Below, one piece after another: positions 22,593 through 33,578 of a stretch of 64,000 bases of DNA (position 1 is the first letter of the stretch; every line of letters begins with the position of its first letter). Both the position numbers and the translations under genes were made by a program. Source of the stretch: an uncultured Acidobacteriota bacterium (GTDB lineage Bacteria; Acidobacteriota; UBA6911; RPQK01; JAPXNP01). The stretch covers positions 384,001 to 448,000 of the forward strand of contig CAVZRV010000007.1 of NCBI GenBank assembly GCA_963777605.1, written 5' to 3'. The notes under the pieces are model-generated. The model saw only the letters and a list, made by a program, of their open reading frames with translations. It did no database searches and was not told the DNA's origin.

Positions 22593-22611
22593 CGACCGGC
22601 TTCGCGGGTTC

Positions 22612-23535
22612 CTAATTGAGGCCCAGGCGTTCGCCGACAGATCGGCGGGAAATCTCCCCGGCGTCTTCCCTGAACGGTATCCCCCGGGTCGCGGCAACCC
22701 GGTCGATGAAGCTCAAACCGAGCGGTCCCACGTAGGTTTCTTCGCTCTGGTAAGCCGGATCCTCGAGAGCTTTGTCGACGGTGATGAAGGAGTATCCCCG
22801 TTCCTTCAGGAAACGCAGAATATCCGGCATCAGATTGGCCGTGCCTACCCCCAGGTGCAGGCGCAGAATCTGCGCGATGTTCCTTTCGAATACGAGTTCG
22901 GACTGCTGCTCGGCGTAATCGAGAGCGTCTCCCAGATATCCCAGGTAAAGGTCCTTGAAGCGGTTCAGCGACTCGTCTGAGGCCGCCGCCTCGTCATAGT
23001 AGTAATTGAACTCGTAGTCGGTCATGATCACGGTCGCAGGAACGATGATGAAGCCCGCCCTTCGCAGCCGGTTGGCAACGTCGTGCTTCTTCGATTCGGT
23101 ATTTCCTTCGTGGAGTTGCGGGAAGCGAAAGTAACGGCGAATGGGCCGGACCATCCGAAGCGCCCGTCGCAGGTATTTTTGACCGTCTGAAATGTGGGTA
23201 AGAAAATCCTTGGTATTCAGCTCATTCAGATCGACATAGCCGTAGGTCAGGTTGCCCAGCGACTGCCCGTGCTCGACCCAGTCATTGAGAATGATGTAGG
23301 TCTCGGGATGGTCGTCGATCTTCTCCTCGACCACGAACCCAAGTGCCGGTGCCGTCTCCGCTTCCAGCGCCCGCAACATGAGGTTGCTCAATTCACGGGG
23401 AGTCCAGAAGCCCAGAGGTTCCATGAAAGGCAGCTTGTCAAAAGTGAGCGCAATCTGCTTTTCCTGGGCCAGGCACGGAGAAACCACCAGGAAAGCCACC
23501 GAGAGCAACAGGAGCAATCTGTGCTTCATCATCAC
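22612..23535 (-). CDS. Polysaccharide deacetylase (CE4/NodB)-like protein with degenerate catalytic motifs
   Basis: Signal peptide; IALTFDKLP, LGNLTYGY, YFRFP, LKERGYSFITV. Confidence 0.85.
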   Translation of the reverse strand: MMMKHRLLLLLSVAFLVVSPCLAQEKQIALTFDKLPFMEPLGFWTPRELSNLMLRALEAETAPALGFVVEEKIDDHPETYIILNDWVEHGQSLGNLTYGYVDLNELNTKDFLTHISDGQKYLRRALRMVRPIRRYFRFPQLHEGNTESKKHDVANRLRRAGFIIVPATVIMTDYEFNYYYDEAAASDESLNRFKDLYLGYLGDALDYAEQQSELVFERNIAQILRLHLGVGTANLMPDILRFLKERGYSFITVDKALEDPAYQSEETYVGPLGLSFIDRVAATRGIPFREDAGEISRRSVGERLGLN

Positions 23536-23539
23536 CTAC

Positions 23540-24508
23540 TCAGACCGTCAGGACCACTTTCCCGACCGTTCGGCGGCCTTCCAGCCGACGGTGGGCCTCC
23601 GCCGCCTCGGCCAACGGGAGCTGTTCACCAACGACAACTTCGAGATCGTCACTGCGGACGAGGTCCAGAACCTCACCGGCCCGCCGCGAGAACTGCTGCC
23701 GGTCGGCGACGTAGTGTCCCAGGCTCGGCCGAGTCAGGAAGAGCGAACCCTTCTGGTTCAGGATTTGTGGATCGAGCGGCTCGACCGGGCCACTCGACTG
23801 GCCATAAAGGACGACATAACCCCTTGGTTTCATACACTCGAGACTGCGGGCAAACGTGGTCTTTCCCACCGACTCGTACACCACCTCGACCCCGGCTCCG
23901 CCGGTAAACTCCTTAACCGCCTCGAGAAAATCTTCGCGAGAATAAAGAACAACCCGATCGGCGCCCATCCGGCGCGCCAGTTCCGCCTTCTGCTCGGTGG
24001 ATACTGTCCCGATCACCCGCGCGCCTGCGCGTTTCACCATCTGCACGAGGAGGCTCCCCACGCCGCCGGCCGCAGCATGAACCAGGGCCACCTGCCCGGT
24101 CTGGACCCGAAAGCAGTCGGTGACCAGGTAGTGGGCCGTCATCCCCTGGCACATGGCTGCAACGCCCGCTTCCGGAGAGACTTCGTCCGGGAGCCGCACG
24201 CACTTCCACGCCGGGACCGCCACCAACTCGGCATACGCTCCCATCGCCAGGCAAAACACCACCCGATCGCCACAACTGAAGCCCTCAACATTTGAACCGA
24301 CCTCTTCCACGACACCGGCTCCCTCGATTCCGGGTACCAACGGCAACGGCAGCGGGTATAGACCGGTCCGGTGATAAGTGTCAATGTAGTTGACCCCCGC
24401 AACCTCGACCCGAACGAGCAGTTGGTCGGAGCCTGGCCGGGGATCGGGCATCGAATCAAACTTCAACTCCTCGGGGCCACCATAGCGGGAAACTCGAATC
24501 GCTTTCAT
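23540..24508 (-). CDS. qor: NADPH:quinone oxidoreductase (zeta-crystallin/MDR)
   Basis: GVNYIDTYHRTGLY, HAAAGGVG, YGQSSG, KGSLFLTRPSL. Confidence 0.93.
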   Translation of the reverse strand: MKAIRVSRYGGPEELKFDSMPDPRPGSDQLLVRVEVAGVNYIDTYHRTGLYPLPLPLVPGIEGAGVVEEVGSNVEGFSCGDRVVFCLAMGAYAELVAVPAWKCVRLPDEVSPEAGVAAMCQGMTAHYLVTDCFRVQTGQVALVHAAAGGVGSLLVQMVKRAGARVIGTVSTEQKAELARRMGADRVVLYSREDFLEAVKEFTGGAGVEVVYESVGKTTFARSLECMKPRGYVVLYGQSSGPVEPLDPQILNQKGSLFLTRPSLGHYVADRQQFSRRAGEVLDLVRSDDLEVVVGEQLPLAEAAEAHRRLEGRRTVGKVVLTV

Positions 24509-24729
24509 AATCGCTAACATACACCGGCCTCACAAAGGAGCTCAAACCTTCGCCGCAGCAGCGGTCGTCCCGGATTCGAACGGCTCGTTCGGAATTAGCC
24601 TTTTGGGGGATTATTCCCTATCATTGCTTGGTATATGATGAATTGGCTGCTGCACCGGGTTCATCCGGTGAAGAATCAGCCAATCAGGGGGCTCTTAGAA
24701 AGCTAGCGAGCGAGGGGATAAGGATTTAC

Positions 24730-25693
24730 ATGAAACGACTAATTGCTGCAATGGTGATCATGTTGGGGCTGGCCTTGGCCGCCTGCACCGGTCCGACCGA
24801 ACCGGCAGAGCCGGCTGCGGTTTCTTCAGACCAGTTCCTCGGACGCTGGGACATGACGATTCAGGGGAAGGACGTGCCTTACCCGTCGTGGTTCGAACTT
24901 CAGGACGAAGGTGGACAGCTCAAGGGGCAGTTCGTTGGACGTGTTGGGAGTGCCCGCCCGATTCAGACAATCTCGGTTGAAAACGGGACCCTGACCTTCA
25001 GCCTGCCCGTTCAATACGAGTCCCATCCGACCGACATGAAGTTTGTCTGCTCGCTGGCCGGAGACAAGCTCGAAGGCACCACCAACGCCGAAGATGGTTC
25101 AGAACTGCATTGGACGGCGGTAAGGGCTCCCAAGCTGGACCGTTCGGGCGAACCCAACTGGGGTGAACCGATCAGCCTCGTCAGCGGGAACCTCGATGAT
25201 CATTGGAAGCTGCGTTCGCCGGACGAGCCGCAAACCTGGAAACTGACTCCGGATGGCGTGCTCGAACAACACGGCAAAGGGTTCCGACCTGGTGACCAGG
25301 CAGGAATTCAACGATTTCAAGTTGCACATCGAATTCAATTATCCCGAAAACAGCAACAGCGGCATCTACCTGCGCGGTCGGTACGAGGTTCAGATTGAGG
25401 ACGGGGCCGGCAAGGAACCTCACAGCCGTTCAATTGGCAGCGTTTACGGGTTCCTGACCCCCACCAAGGATGCCGCCAAGCCAGCCGGAGAATGGCAGAG
25501 TTACGACATCACCCTGGTGGGACGCCGGATTACAATCGTCCTCAACGGGGAAACGGTGGTAGACAATCAGGAAATTCCGGGAATCACAGGTGGGGCGCTG
25601 AATTCCAATGAAGGTGACCCCGGCCCCCTGATGCTTCAGGGTGACCATGGCCCTATCACTTTTCGGAATATCAGCATTACGCCTGCTCAATAA
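24730..25693 (+). pseudogene. DUF1080 (3-keto-disaccharide hydrolase family) lipoprotein split by a +1 frameshift near 25267
   Basis: Lipobox LAAC. The second frame carries NSGIYLRGRYEVQI, GEWQSYDI and LQGDHG. Deleting one base in CTCGAACAACACG restores GVLENTAKGSDL. Confidence 0.8.
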
Positions 25694-25740
25694 ACCAATT
25701 TGTGGGAGTGCAGGGAATAACGAGCTTGAGGGGGTAAGAC

Positions 25741-26238
25741 ATGAAGAACGTGATTCTGACTTTTTGTTTCGTGGCCGTGTTAGGGATGTTGATCGTGAGT
25801 CCCACAATTGCTCAGGATCGAGCCACCATGTCTGCACCAGTCATCCGCGCTTCGGGTGACGAAATCGCCTTCAGCGTCCGATTTGAGAACTGTTCTCCAG
25901 ATCGGAGCTATAGAATCGGCTTTGGTGCGAAGGGCGAGGCCGTTCCGAATGTTCAGGTCGCACTCTCCAGCGAAGACAGGGACTTGGCCCTCGAACCGAT
26001 GGACTTCGTTCAGGGCAACACCAGCGGCTGGTGGAAAATTGAACAGGTCGGGGCAACAGGTTACACCTTCGGAAAGTCAGAAATTCCTGAAGCGGGCAAG
26101 GTTTTGACCTTCAAGGTGACCGTACCTCGGGAAGTTGCCGACAGCTACGAAAAGCTCTACCTGTTCGTGTCACGGGATTACGGCTCGGGCCGCTGGTATC
26201 TCGAAGACGGTTCGGAAATCGACAAGAGTGATTGGTAA
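25741..26238 (+). CDS. Hypothetical secreted beta-rich protein
   Basis: Signal peptide ending PTIA-Q; G-rich RBS. Confidence 0.7.
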   Translation: MKNVILTFCFVAVLGMLIVSPTIAQDRATMSAPVIRASGDEIAFSVRFENCSPDRSYRIGFGAKGEAVPNVQVALSSEDRDLALEPMDFVQGNTSGWWKIEQVGATGYTFGKSEIPEAGKVLTFKVTVPREVADSYEKLYLFVSRDYGSGRWYLEDGSEIDKSDW

Positions 26239-28755
26239 TTGAAACCTTACTGGACGTCTTTGGACGTTTCGAGGGCTTGGAGAACCGGGAAGCAATCCGG
26301 TTCCTGAGCCCTTACCGGAGGAGGGTTCTCACCTACCGGGAAGTCTCACTTCGGGTGGGTGCCTTCTCACACTTCCTTTCCAAGATCCCCGTCGGGCCAG
26401 GAGACCGAGTGCTGTTTTGGGGAGAGAACTCTCCCGACTGGATCATTGCTTTCTGGGCCTGCCTGAATGTGGGTGCACAGGTTGTTCCCGTCGATCCCGG
26501 GGCCTCCCACGGGCTCGTTTCTCGAATCCTCGAGCAAACCGCGTGCAAGCTCGGCATCGTCGATCCAGACGGCAGGGAAGCAGGCCTTTCCATTCCCACC
26601 ACCCCATTTGACAGCCTGGATCGTGTCCCCATGAAACCGCCGCCGTCTTCGGCCCGAGCCGACGACATCGCCGAGATTCTCTTCACTTCGGGGACGACGG
26701 GAACCCCAAAGGGAATCGTCCATCGCCACAGGACCATGGCGGCCAACCTGCGCCCCTTCGCCGCCGAGTTCGAACGCTACCGGCGCCTCGCGGCCCCCTT
26801 TCAACCGGTCCGGATCATGAGTCTCCTTCCCTTGAGCCACATGTTCGGTCAAGCGATGGGGATCTTCATTCCGCCGCTGCTCGGAGGAGCGGTGGTGTTG
26901 CTCGACTCGACCAACCCTGCCCGAGTCGTTCCTTCCCTTCGCAGTGAGCATGTTTCGGTTCTGGCAACCGTCCCCAGGGTCCTGCACCAGTGCGAGAACG
27001 CGCTCAGACAACGATTCGGAGAACCAGCCTCGGAGACCCGATTCCGAGGCGTGCCAGGGATTGTTGAGCGATGGTGGCATCATCGCCGGGTTCATTCCTG
27101 CCTGGGCTGGAAATTCTGGGCGGTAATCTCCGGGGGCGCCGCCCTCGATCCGTCCCAGGAGCGCTTCTGGTCAGACCTGGGGATTGCAGCACTGCAGGGA
27201 TACGGACTCACCGAGGCGGGTCCCGTCATCAGCGTCAACCATCCCTTCAAGTCCCGCACGGGCAGCGTGGGAAAGGTCCTCGCCGGACAGGAAGTACGCC
27301 TCGCGGACGACGGAGAGATCCTGGTGAGCGGCGACAGTGTGAGTTTCGAAGTTCTCGACGGACAATCCGGGGCTGACAGCGACGGCGAGACGCCCTGGTT
27401 CAGGACCGGAGATGTCGGCTCATTCGACGCGGAAGGGAATCTCCATTTCAAGGGACGCAAGAAAGATGTCATCGTGACTTCGGATGGAATGAACGTCTAC
27501 CCCGAAGAGGTAGAAGCGGTCCTGCTCAGTCTCCCCGGAGTTCGGGATGCCGCCGTGGTTGCGGAGAAGACGGCATCCGCCGAGGTCGTTCATGCCGTGC
27601 TGGTCCCCGATGGCGGACCGGGTGCGGACTGCTCGGAACTCGTTGGCGCTGCCAACCACCTCCTTGAGCCCCACCAGAGAATTCGACGCTGGTCAGTCTA
27701 TCCCGAAGCTGAGCTTCCCCGCACTCCTTCTACGCTCAAACTTCGCCGTTCGGCGATCCGGGAGTGGCTTTCCCGCTCCGCCCCCCCTCCCGACACGGCC
27801 GCCGTGGCAACCGTGGAATTGTTGCTTTCCCGGCTGGCAACCCAACGGCCCGAATCGATCACGGCGACAACCCGGATTGACACGGAACTAGGGCTGACAT
27901 CGCTTGACCGGATCGAACTTCTCCAGGAACTCGAAAACCTCCAGGGAACCGAACTCAATGAATCCGAATTCTCCCGCCTCCACACGGCAGGTGAGATCCG
28001 AGACTGGCTGGCCCTGGGTTCGGACCGAACAGGACCGGTCGGGCCAGCCGACCGGTCGGTCCCTGCCGATGCCTCACTGGAACCTGTCCCCGCCTTTTCG
28101 ACTGCTTCGGGCTGCGATTCAACGTGGAATCATTCTCCCTCTCTACCGGCACTACATTCCGACCCGCGTGATTGGGACTCGGAACCTGCCTTCCGTTCGT
28201 GATCACCCGCTGATCGTCGCGGCCAATCACCAGAGCCACATGGACACAGTTGCACTTCTGGCGGCCCTGCCTCGGGAAGTCCGACTGGCGCCAGCTGTCA
28301 GGTACGAACGTTTTGTCGAGTACTTCGAGCCCCATTCGGCAAGCGTCTGGACGAGGGCGCGGTTCGGCCTGGAGTACATGGCCGCCTGCCTGTTGTTCAA
28401 CGCGTTCCCTCTGCCGCAGCGGACCTCGGGCATCCGGCAGACCCTCCACTTTGCCGGGGAACTGCTCGATCGCGGATTCAGTCCGCTGCTCTTTCCCGAA
28501 GGCAAGCGGAGCTCGGACGGCGAACTCCAGGAGTTCAAGCCGGGGACAATTCTGATGAGTCGCGAGTTGGGAGTCCCGATCCTGCCGGTTCTGCTCGAGG
28601 GCCTTGACCGAGTGCTGCCGATTGGCGCGCACCGGCCGCAATCCCACCCAGTCACGGTAACGATCGGAACACCCTTCGATGTCAATGAAGGCGAAGACCT
28701 GGACGCCGCCCGCTGTCGTCTCCAGGAGGTGTTCCGCGACCTGAAATCCGCCTGA
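26232..28755 (+). pseudogene. Long-chain acyl-CoA synthetase + ACP + PlsC acyltransferase fusion, +1 frameshift near 28050-28065
   Basis: FTSGTTGTPKG, GYGLTE, RTGD; ACP motif LGLTSLDRIEL; second frame has NHQSHMD and FPEGKRS. Confidence 0.82.
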
Positions 28756-28795
28756 AGGGCAGGCGCGCGGCACCTGCTCCTCCGGCGACCGAAGA

Positions 28796-29752
28796 TCAGT
28801 TCTTGACGGTGTCTCCGACCTTGATACCCGAACCCGATACGACGGTGGCTTCCGAGGAAGCAGGGTCAGCTTGGGTAACCCGAACCGTGGCGACTTTCTC
28901 GGTCAACTCTCTCAGGACCTTTCCTGTGGCAGGATCCTTGATCGTCCTTGTAACTCTTTCGACCGACAGTTCCATCCCCACCTGAACCCCCTGGTCCGAA
29001 CCGATGTTGAGGATGACCATCCCGTTTTCGGCATAGGCCACCAGTCCCGAGAGTTCGACATTGCGGGTCGGGATCTTGTTGCGCGACGAAGCCACTCCAT
29101 GGGCTACCTGCTGGGCGGCTTCATAGGTCGCCTCACCAAGGATCGTGTCGCGAAAGCCACTGCTGCGCATGTCGATCTCGCCCGATCCGAATCCACCATG
29201 CCCTCCACCGCTACCGCCCAGCAGGAGTCCGCTGCGGGACGATTCCCCCTGGCCTCGGGACACGGCCAGGATTTCGCCGGTATCCACGTCAACGACCCGT
29301 GCGTTGATCGCCACGTTGGCTTTCCCTTCCGAGGTCCCCACCTTGGCCCCTCCAAATCCACCCCAATTGCCGCCCAACCCTCTGATACTGCGGTCTTTCT
29401 GTTCGGCACCAAACTGGGTGATCGAACCAATCACGATTGCGTCCACACCAAGAAGTTTCCCAATTTGCGAAGCCGACGACGGGTCGGCGCGATTGCTGTT
29501 GTTGAATTCCTGTTCCGCCATTACCTGATTGATCGCCCGGCGTTCAATCACACTGAAGCTGCCTTCCTCAACAAGATCGTTGATCACGATGTCGGCGATT
29601 CCCGCTCCAATGTCCCAGTTGTTGCCTCCCCACCACTGTTGTACGCCCGCAAAGTCGAAATCCAGAACCGCAATTCGCTTGCGTGGACCTGCAGCTCCCA
29701 AATTCAAGGTGAGCCCAACCAGAGGAACCAGTAATAATGCAATCCGTTTCAT
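28796..29752 (-). CDS. CsgG/HfaB-like protein with C-terminal beta domain
   Basis: RIAVLDFD, FSVIER, EQ, IGKLLGVDAIVIGSITQF, VDVDTGEIL; C-terminal NIGSDQGVQVG. Confidence 0.85.
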   Translation of the reverse strand: MKRIALLLVPLVGLTLNLGAAGPRKRIAVLDFDFAGVQQWWGGNNWDIGAGIADIVINDLVEEGSFSVIERRAINQVMAEQEFNNSNRADPSSASQIGKLLGVDAIVIGSITQFGAEQKDRSIRGLGGNWGGFGGAKVGTSEGKANVAINARVVDVDTGEILAVSRGQGESSRSGLLLGGSGGGHGGFGSGEIDMRSSGFRDTILGEATYEAAQQVAHGVASSRNKIPTRNVELSGLVAYAENGMVILNIGSDQGVQVGMELSVERVTRTIKDPATGKVLRELTEKVATVRVTQADPASSEATVVSGSGIKVGDTVKN

Positions 29753-29945
29753 CGACGATCCTGCCTCCCTTCGAGATCAATCCCCGCCAGAGAAGGAACT
29801 CCCGGCGATTCGACCAAACGCCTAAAGACTATCAATCTTTAAAATACACAAAAAGAGCAACTACCGCCTTCTTTCAAATGCCATCTCGAATCCCGATGGT
29901 TGGTCCGGCTCGACCTTTCCTGCAGAAGCCACTAAGCTGTTGCGA

Positions 29946-31322
29946 ATGCCGGAATTCAACCTCTTCGAAAACGGAATCACAAGGCTCCGGGCCGAAATTT
30001 CGGCGGGGCACATCAGTGCGGAGGTTGTGGCCACCTCCTTTCTAGAAAGGATCCACCGATTCGATCCGATCTTCAACTCATTTATCGAGGTGAATGAGGA
30101 AATCCTGACTCAAGCAAGGGAGATCCACACCGACGACCCCCGACCTCTGGCCGGAATCCCGATTTCGATCAAGGACTTGATCCTGACCCGGGACCTGCCC
30201 ACGACAGGGGGATCCAAAGCACCGCTGCCTATTCCGCAAAACGGGCGGGATGCACGAGTTGTTCGCGCACTCCGCAATGCCGGGGCGCTCATCATCGGGA
30301 AAACCAGTCTCCACGAGTTTGCCTTTGGGGTCACGAATGAGAATGCCCATTTCGGACCGGTTCGCAATCCCTGGAACCCGGAACGCGTTTCCGGAGGATC
30401 CAGTGGTGGGTCAGCGGCATCGGTGGCACTTCGAATGTCTGCGGGTTCCATCGGTACCGACACCAGGGGATCAATTCGCATTCCCGCTTCGTGCTGTGGA
30501 GTCTGCGGCTTCAAGCCCACGCGAGGAGTCGTTTCAACCGCCGGCGCAGTGCCTCTCAGCTGGACCCTTGATCACGTCGGCCCCCTCGCTCCCAGCGTCG
30601 ATGACTTGAAGATCCTCTTCGACGTGATCCGAAGGAGAAGGACTGTCGCGCAAGCGCCGGCAAAGGAACCTTCGGCCTTCCGCCTGGCTACAATTCCGTA
30701 CTACCAGGAGCGGATCGACCCTCAGGTTCTACGGGCCGTGAAGTCGGCTATCGACGTCTTCCGCTCCGAAGGACATGAAGTCATAGAAATTGAACTCCCG
30801 GGTTTGAGAGAAGTCGTGGACGCATCGGACGTCATCTCCCGGGCCGAAGCAGTCACGGTTCACAACGAAGGACTGACCCGGTGGCCCGAGCTTTATGATC
30901 CCGGAGTGAGGGAACGCCTCAGCACCGGATATCAGCTCTCGGCGATGGAGCTGGTCCGAGCGGAGCGACGGCGCGTCGCCTTGACCTCGTCTTTCCAGAC
31001 CGTCTTCCGCAAGGCTGACTGCTTCGTCGCGCCGGCGCTCCCGGTCGTCGCGCCGCCAATCGGAACAACGTCGGTGGTAATCGGCGAAAAACAGGAGAAC
31101 CTCGTCACCTGCTTCGTCCGGCTGATGGCGATTCAAAACATGGCAGGCCTTCCCGCACTCTGCCTGCCCTGCGGGTTCAGCTCCGACAACATGCCGATAG
31201 GAATGCAGTTGATCGGTCCAAGGGGAGCGGATGATGCCATCCTCTCTCTCGGTGCCCGTTTTCAGCAACTGACTTCATGGCAACGGCGCGTCCCGACTGA
31301 ACTGCGGGAGAGGCTGAGTTGA
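29946..31322 (+). CDS. Amidase (amidase-signature family)
   Basis: KDL, GGSSGGS, GTDTRGSIRIPASCCG. Confidence 0.95.
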   Translation: MPEFNLFENGITRLRAEISAGHISAEVVATSFLERIHRFDPIFNSFIEVNEEILTQAREIHTDDPRPLAGIPISIKDLILTRDLPTTGGSKAPLPIPQNGRDARVVRALRNAGALIIGKTSLHEFAFGVTNENAHFGPVRNPWNPERVSGGSSGGSAASVALRMSAGSIGTDTRGSIRIPASCCGVCGFKPTRGVVSTAGAVPLSWTLDHVGPLAPSVDDLKILFDVIRRRRTVAQAPAKEPSAFRLATIPYYQERIDPQVLRAVKSAIDVFRSEGHEVIEIELPGLREVVDASDVISRAEAVTVHNEGLTRWPELYDPGVRERLSTGYQLSAMELVRAERRRVALTSSFQTVFRKADCFVAPALPVVAPPIGTTSVVIGEKQENLVTCFVRLMAIQNMAGLPALCLPCGFSSDNMPIGMQLIGPRGADDAILSLGARFQQLTSWQRRVPTELRERLS

Positions 31323-31459
31323 AACTTCAAAAGCCGGAGACAGGAGACCGACACAGAGCCGGGGTTGAGGCGCAGCCGCGGCCCCGGGTTCGTCGAGCGA
31401 AGGTTCACACTCTGAATGATCCGGCAGCGGCCGGGGGCCCGGCTGAGTTGAAACTTCAA
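31312..31459 (+). repeat. Direct repeat GGCTGAGTTGAAACTTCAA (19 bp, two copies)
   Basis: Exact copies at 31312-31330 (overlapping the amidase stop) and 31441-31459. Confidence 0.85.
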
Positions 31460-31614
31460 TTTGGATGAACTGGAAATTCTGGATGATTTGGACGCGTCTG
31501 GATGGGGATTGAGGCGATCGGTGAAGAGCCAGGGACGCGATTATCGGCTGGATCCTGGTTCCTGGTCCGGCGCCAGACGTGGATGAGTGATGATCACGGG
31601 ATCGGCGCCGGGCT

Positions 31615-31700
31615 GGCCCCTGAAGGGGGCCTGTTTCCAGCCCAGGCATTTGCCTGGGTTTACGGTTCCACCCATCAAGAATCCAGCCCTGAAAGGGCTG
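31615..31700. repeat. REP-like palindrome cluster
   Basis: GGCCCC-TGAAG-GGGGCC, CCCAGGCA-TT-TGCCTGGG and CAGCCCT-GAA-AGGGCTG. Confidence 0.7.
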
Positions 31701-31764
31701 CACAGCTCTCCGGACGTGAAGAATCGGCGCGACCTTACAGGCCGCGATCGCAATGCCGGGACCA

Positions 31765-33578
31765 CAGAGGGGCTGTATCAAAAGTCCCCCTCCTCAAAGC
31801 GTCAAGCAAGGTCAGAATTGTCACCTAAGTATAATAAAATGATAGGGTAACGAAGATTTTGGAGGTGTTTTCGTGCCCTTTCGTCCCAACCATCAAAAGC
31901 AGTTGCTGCTCCTGCCGCCCGACCTGGAATCGATGGTCCCGGAGAAGGATCTGGTGCGGGTGGTGGACGAATTTGTGGAGACCCTGCCGAGGCGGATGAT
32001 CGAAGGTCGGCGGTGGAAGCGGCGGGGACGTCCTGCGTATTCGCCGCGGGTGATGGTGAAGATACTTTTGTACGCCTATAGCCAACGGGTGTACTCGTGT
32101 CGAGGGATTGCGAAGGCGTGCCGGCAGAACCTGAACTTTCTGTGGTTGTCGGCTTTGGAGCGGCCGGACTTCAACACGGTGAACCGATTTCGGTCGGTCC
32201 ACCTGGCGGAATGCCTGGAAGAGGTCTTTGGGCAGTTGATGGAACTGCTGCTGGAGCAGGGGTACGTGAAGGGACGGGACTATTTCGTGGACGGGACGCT
32301 GGTGGAGGCGGATGCGGGGAAGTACACGGCGGTCTGGCGCAAGAACGCAGAGCGATATGCGGCACGAGTCCGGCAGCGGGCGAAAGAGATTCTGGCCGAG
32401 GTGGAGCGGATCAACCGGGAAGAAGACGAGGAATATGGGGATCGGGATCTGGAAGAGACGGGGGAAGGGACGCAGTTGACGGCGGAGGCGATCCGGGAGG
32501 CGGCGAAACGGCTGGGACGGGAGTTGGAGGAAAAGCAGGCCCGGAAAGAGCGAGGGGAAGCGAAAAGGGATCCGAAGCAGCGGGCGGTGCGGCGTCTGGA
32601 GCAGGAGGCGGAGAAGTTGCAGAAGTATGAGGCTCAACAGGCGGAACTGGGGGAGCGGAACTCGTACTCGAAGACGGACGCCGGGGCGACGTTCATGCGG
32701 ATGAAGAACGGGGAATTGCGGGCGGGCTACAACGTGCAGGTGGGGACGGAAAACGGGTTCATCATGGGGTACTCGGTGAGCCAGAGTCCGAATGATGCCA
32801 GTGCGTTGGCCGGGCATCTGGAAGCGCGGGACCGGCAGGGGTTGGACGGGAAGCCGGAGCGCGTGATCGCGGATGCGGGCTACGGAACCGAGGAGAACTA
32901 CGAGGCGCTTGAGGAACGGGGGATCGAAGGATATGTGAAGTACCCGGGCTGGCACCGGGAGGTGACGGGGAAGCTGAAGCGATTTGAGAAGGCGGCGTTT
33001 GGATACGACGCAGATCGAGACGAGTATATCTGCCCCGAGGGGCGTCGGTTGGTGAGGACGGGGGATGAATGGGTGGAACGGCGATCGGGCTATGTCACCG
33101 AGGCGATCGTCTACGCGTGTGCGGATTGCCGGGGTTGTCGGTGGAAGTCGAACTGCACACAGGGGGAAGGCAACCGGACCCTGAAACGGCTGCCGAAACT
33201 GGAAGCGCATCAGTCGCGGGTGCGGCAAAGGCTGACGTCGGAGGAGGGAGTCAAGCTGCGTCAGCGGCGGGGATGGGAGACGGAGACGCGGTTTGCGATG
33301 ATGAAACGGAATCTGGGGTTTACCCGGTTTCGGTTGCGGGGATTGGGGAAGGCGACCGTCGAGTTGGGCTATCTGGTGATCGCGATGAATCTGATGCGCC
33401 TGGCCAGTCCGGCAGCACAGCCGATCTGAACCGGAAATAAGAGCTCGAATAGGCCGAAAGAACGAACGGATACGACTGGATTAGATTGGTTGCCGAAGCC
33501 GGCTGACCCGGCCGCGAAAAAGGCCGGGTCAGCGGGAAACAAGCGAAGGCTGGACACCTTTTTGATACAGTCCCTCTG
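31765..33578 (+). mobile_element. IS1182 family insertion sequence
   Basis: Terminal inverted repeats CAGAGGGGCTGTATCAAAA (31765-31783) and TTTTGATACAGTCCCTCTG (33560-33578), one mismatch; 12-bp hairpin at 33502-33533. Confidence 0.92.
31873..33429 (+). CDS. IS1182 family transposase
   Basis: GRPAYSP..MVKILLYAY, PDFNTVNRFR, FVDGT, YNVQ, ADAGY, RR..E..F. Confidence 0.95.
   Translation: MPFRPNHQKQLLLLPPDLESMVPEKDLVRVVDEFVETLPRRMIEGRRWKRRGRPAYSPRVMVKILLYAYSQRVYSCRGIAKACRQNLNFLWLSALERPDFNTVNRFRSVHLAECLEEVFGQLMELLLEQGYVKGRDYFVDGTLVEADAGKYTAVWRKNAERYAARVRQRAKEILAEVERINREEDEEYGDRDLEETGEGTQLTAEAIREAAKRLGRELEEKQARKERGEAKRDPKQRAVRRLEQEAEKLQKYEAQQAELGERNSYSKTDAGATFMRMKNGELRAGYNVQVGTENGFIMGYSVSQSPNDASALAGHLEARDRQGLDGKPERVIADAGYGTEENYEALEERGIEGYVKYPGWHREVTGKLKRFEKAAFGYDADRDEYICPEGRRLVRTGDEWVERRSGYVTEAIVYACADCRGCRWKSNCTQGEGNRTLKRLPKLEAHQSRVRQRLTSEEGVKLRQRRGWETETRFAMMKRNLGFTRFRLRGLGKATVELGYLVIAMNLMRLASPAAQPI

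Noticed and set aside
24540-24610. tRNA suggested by GTTCGAATCC on the minus strand
   Set aside because: No cloverleaf; it is only a local hairpin (TTCGAACG...CGTTCGGA).
28796-29752. Curli secretion system
   Set aside because: Lone CsgG-like domain with no csgA/B/E/F.
31312-31459. CRISPR array from the 19-bp GTTGAAAC-containing repeats
   Set aside because: Only two short copies 110 bp apart, and no cas genes.
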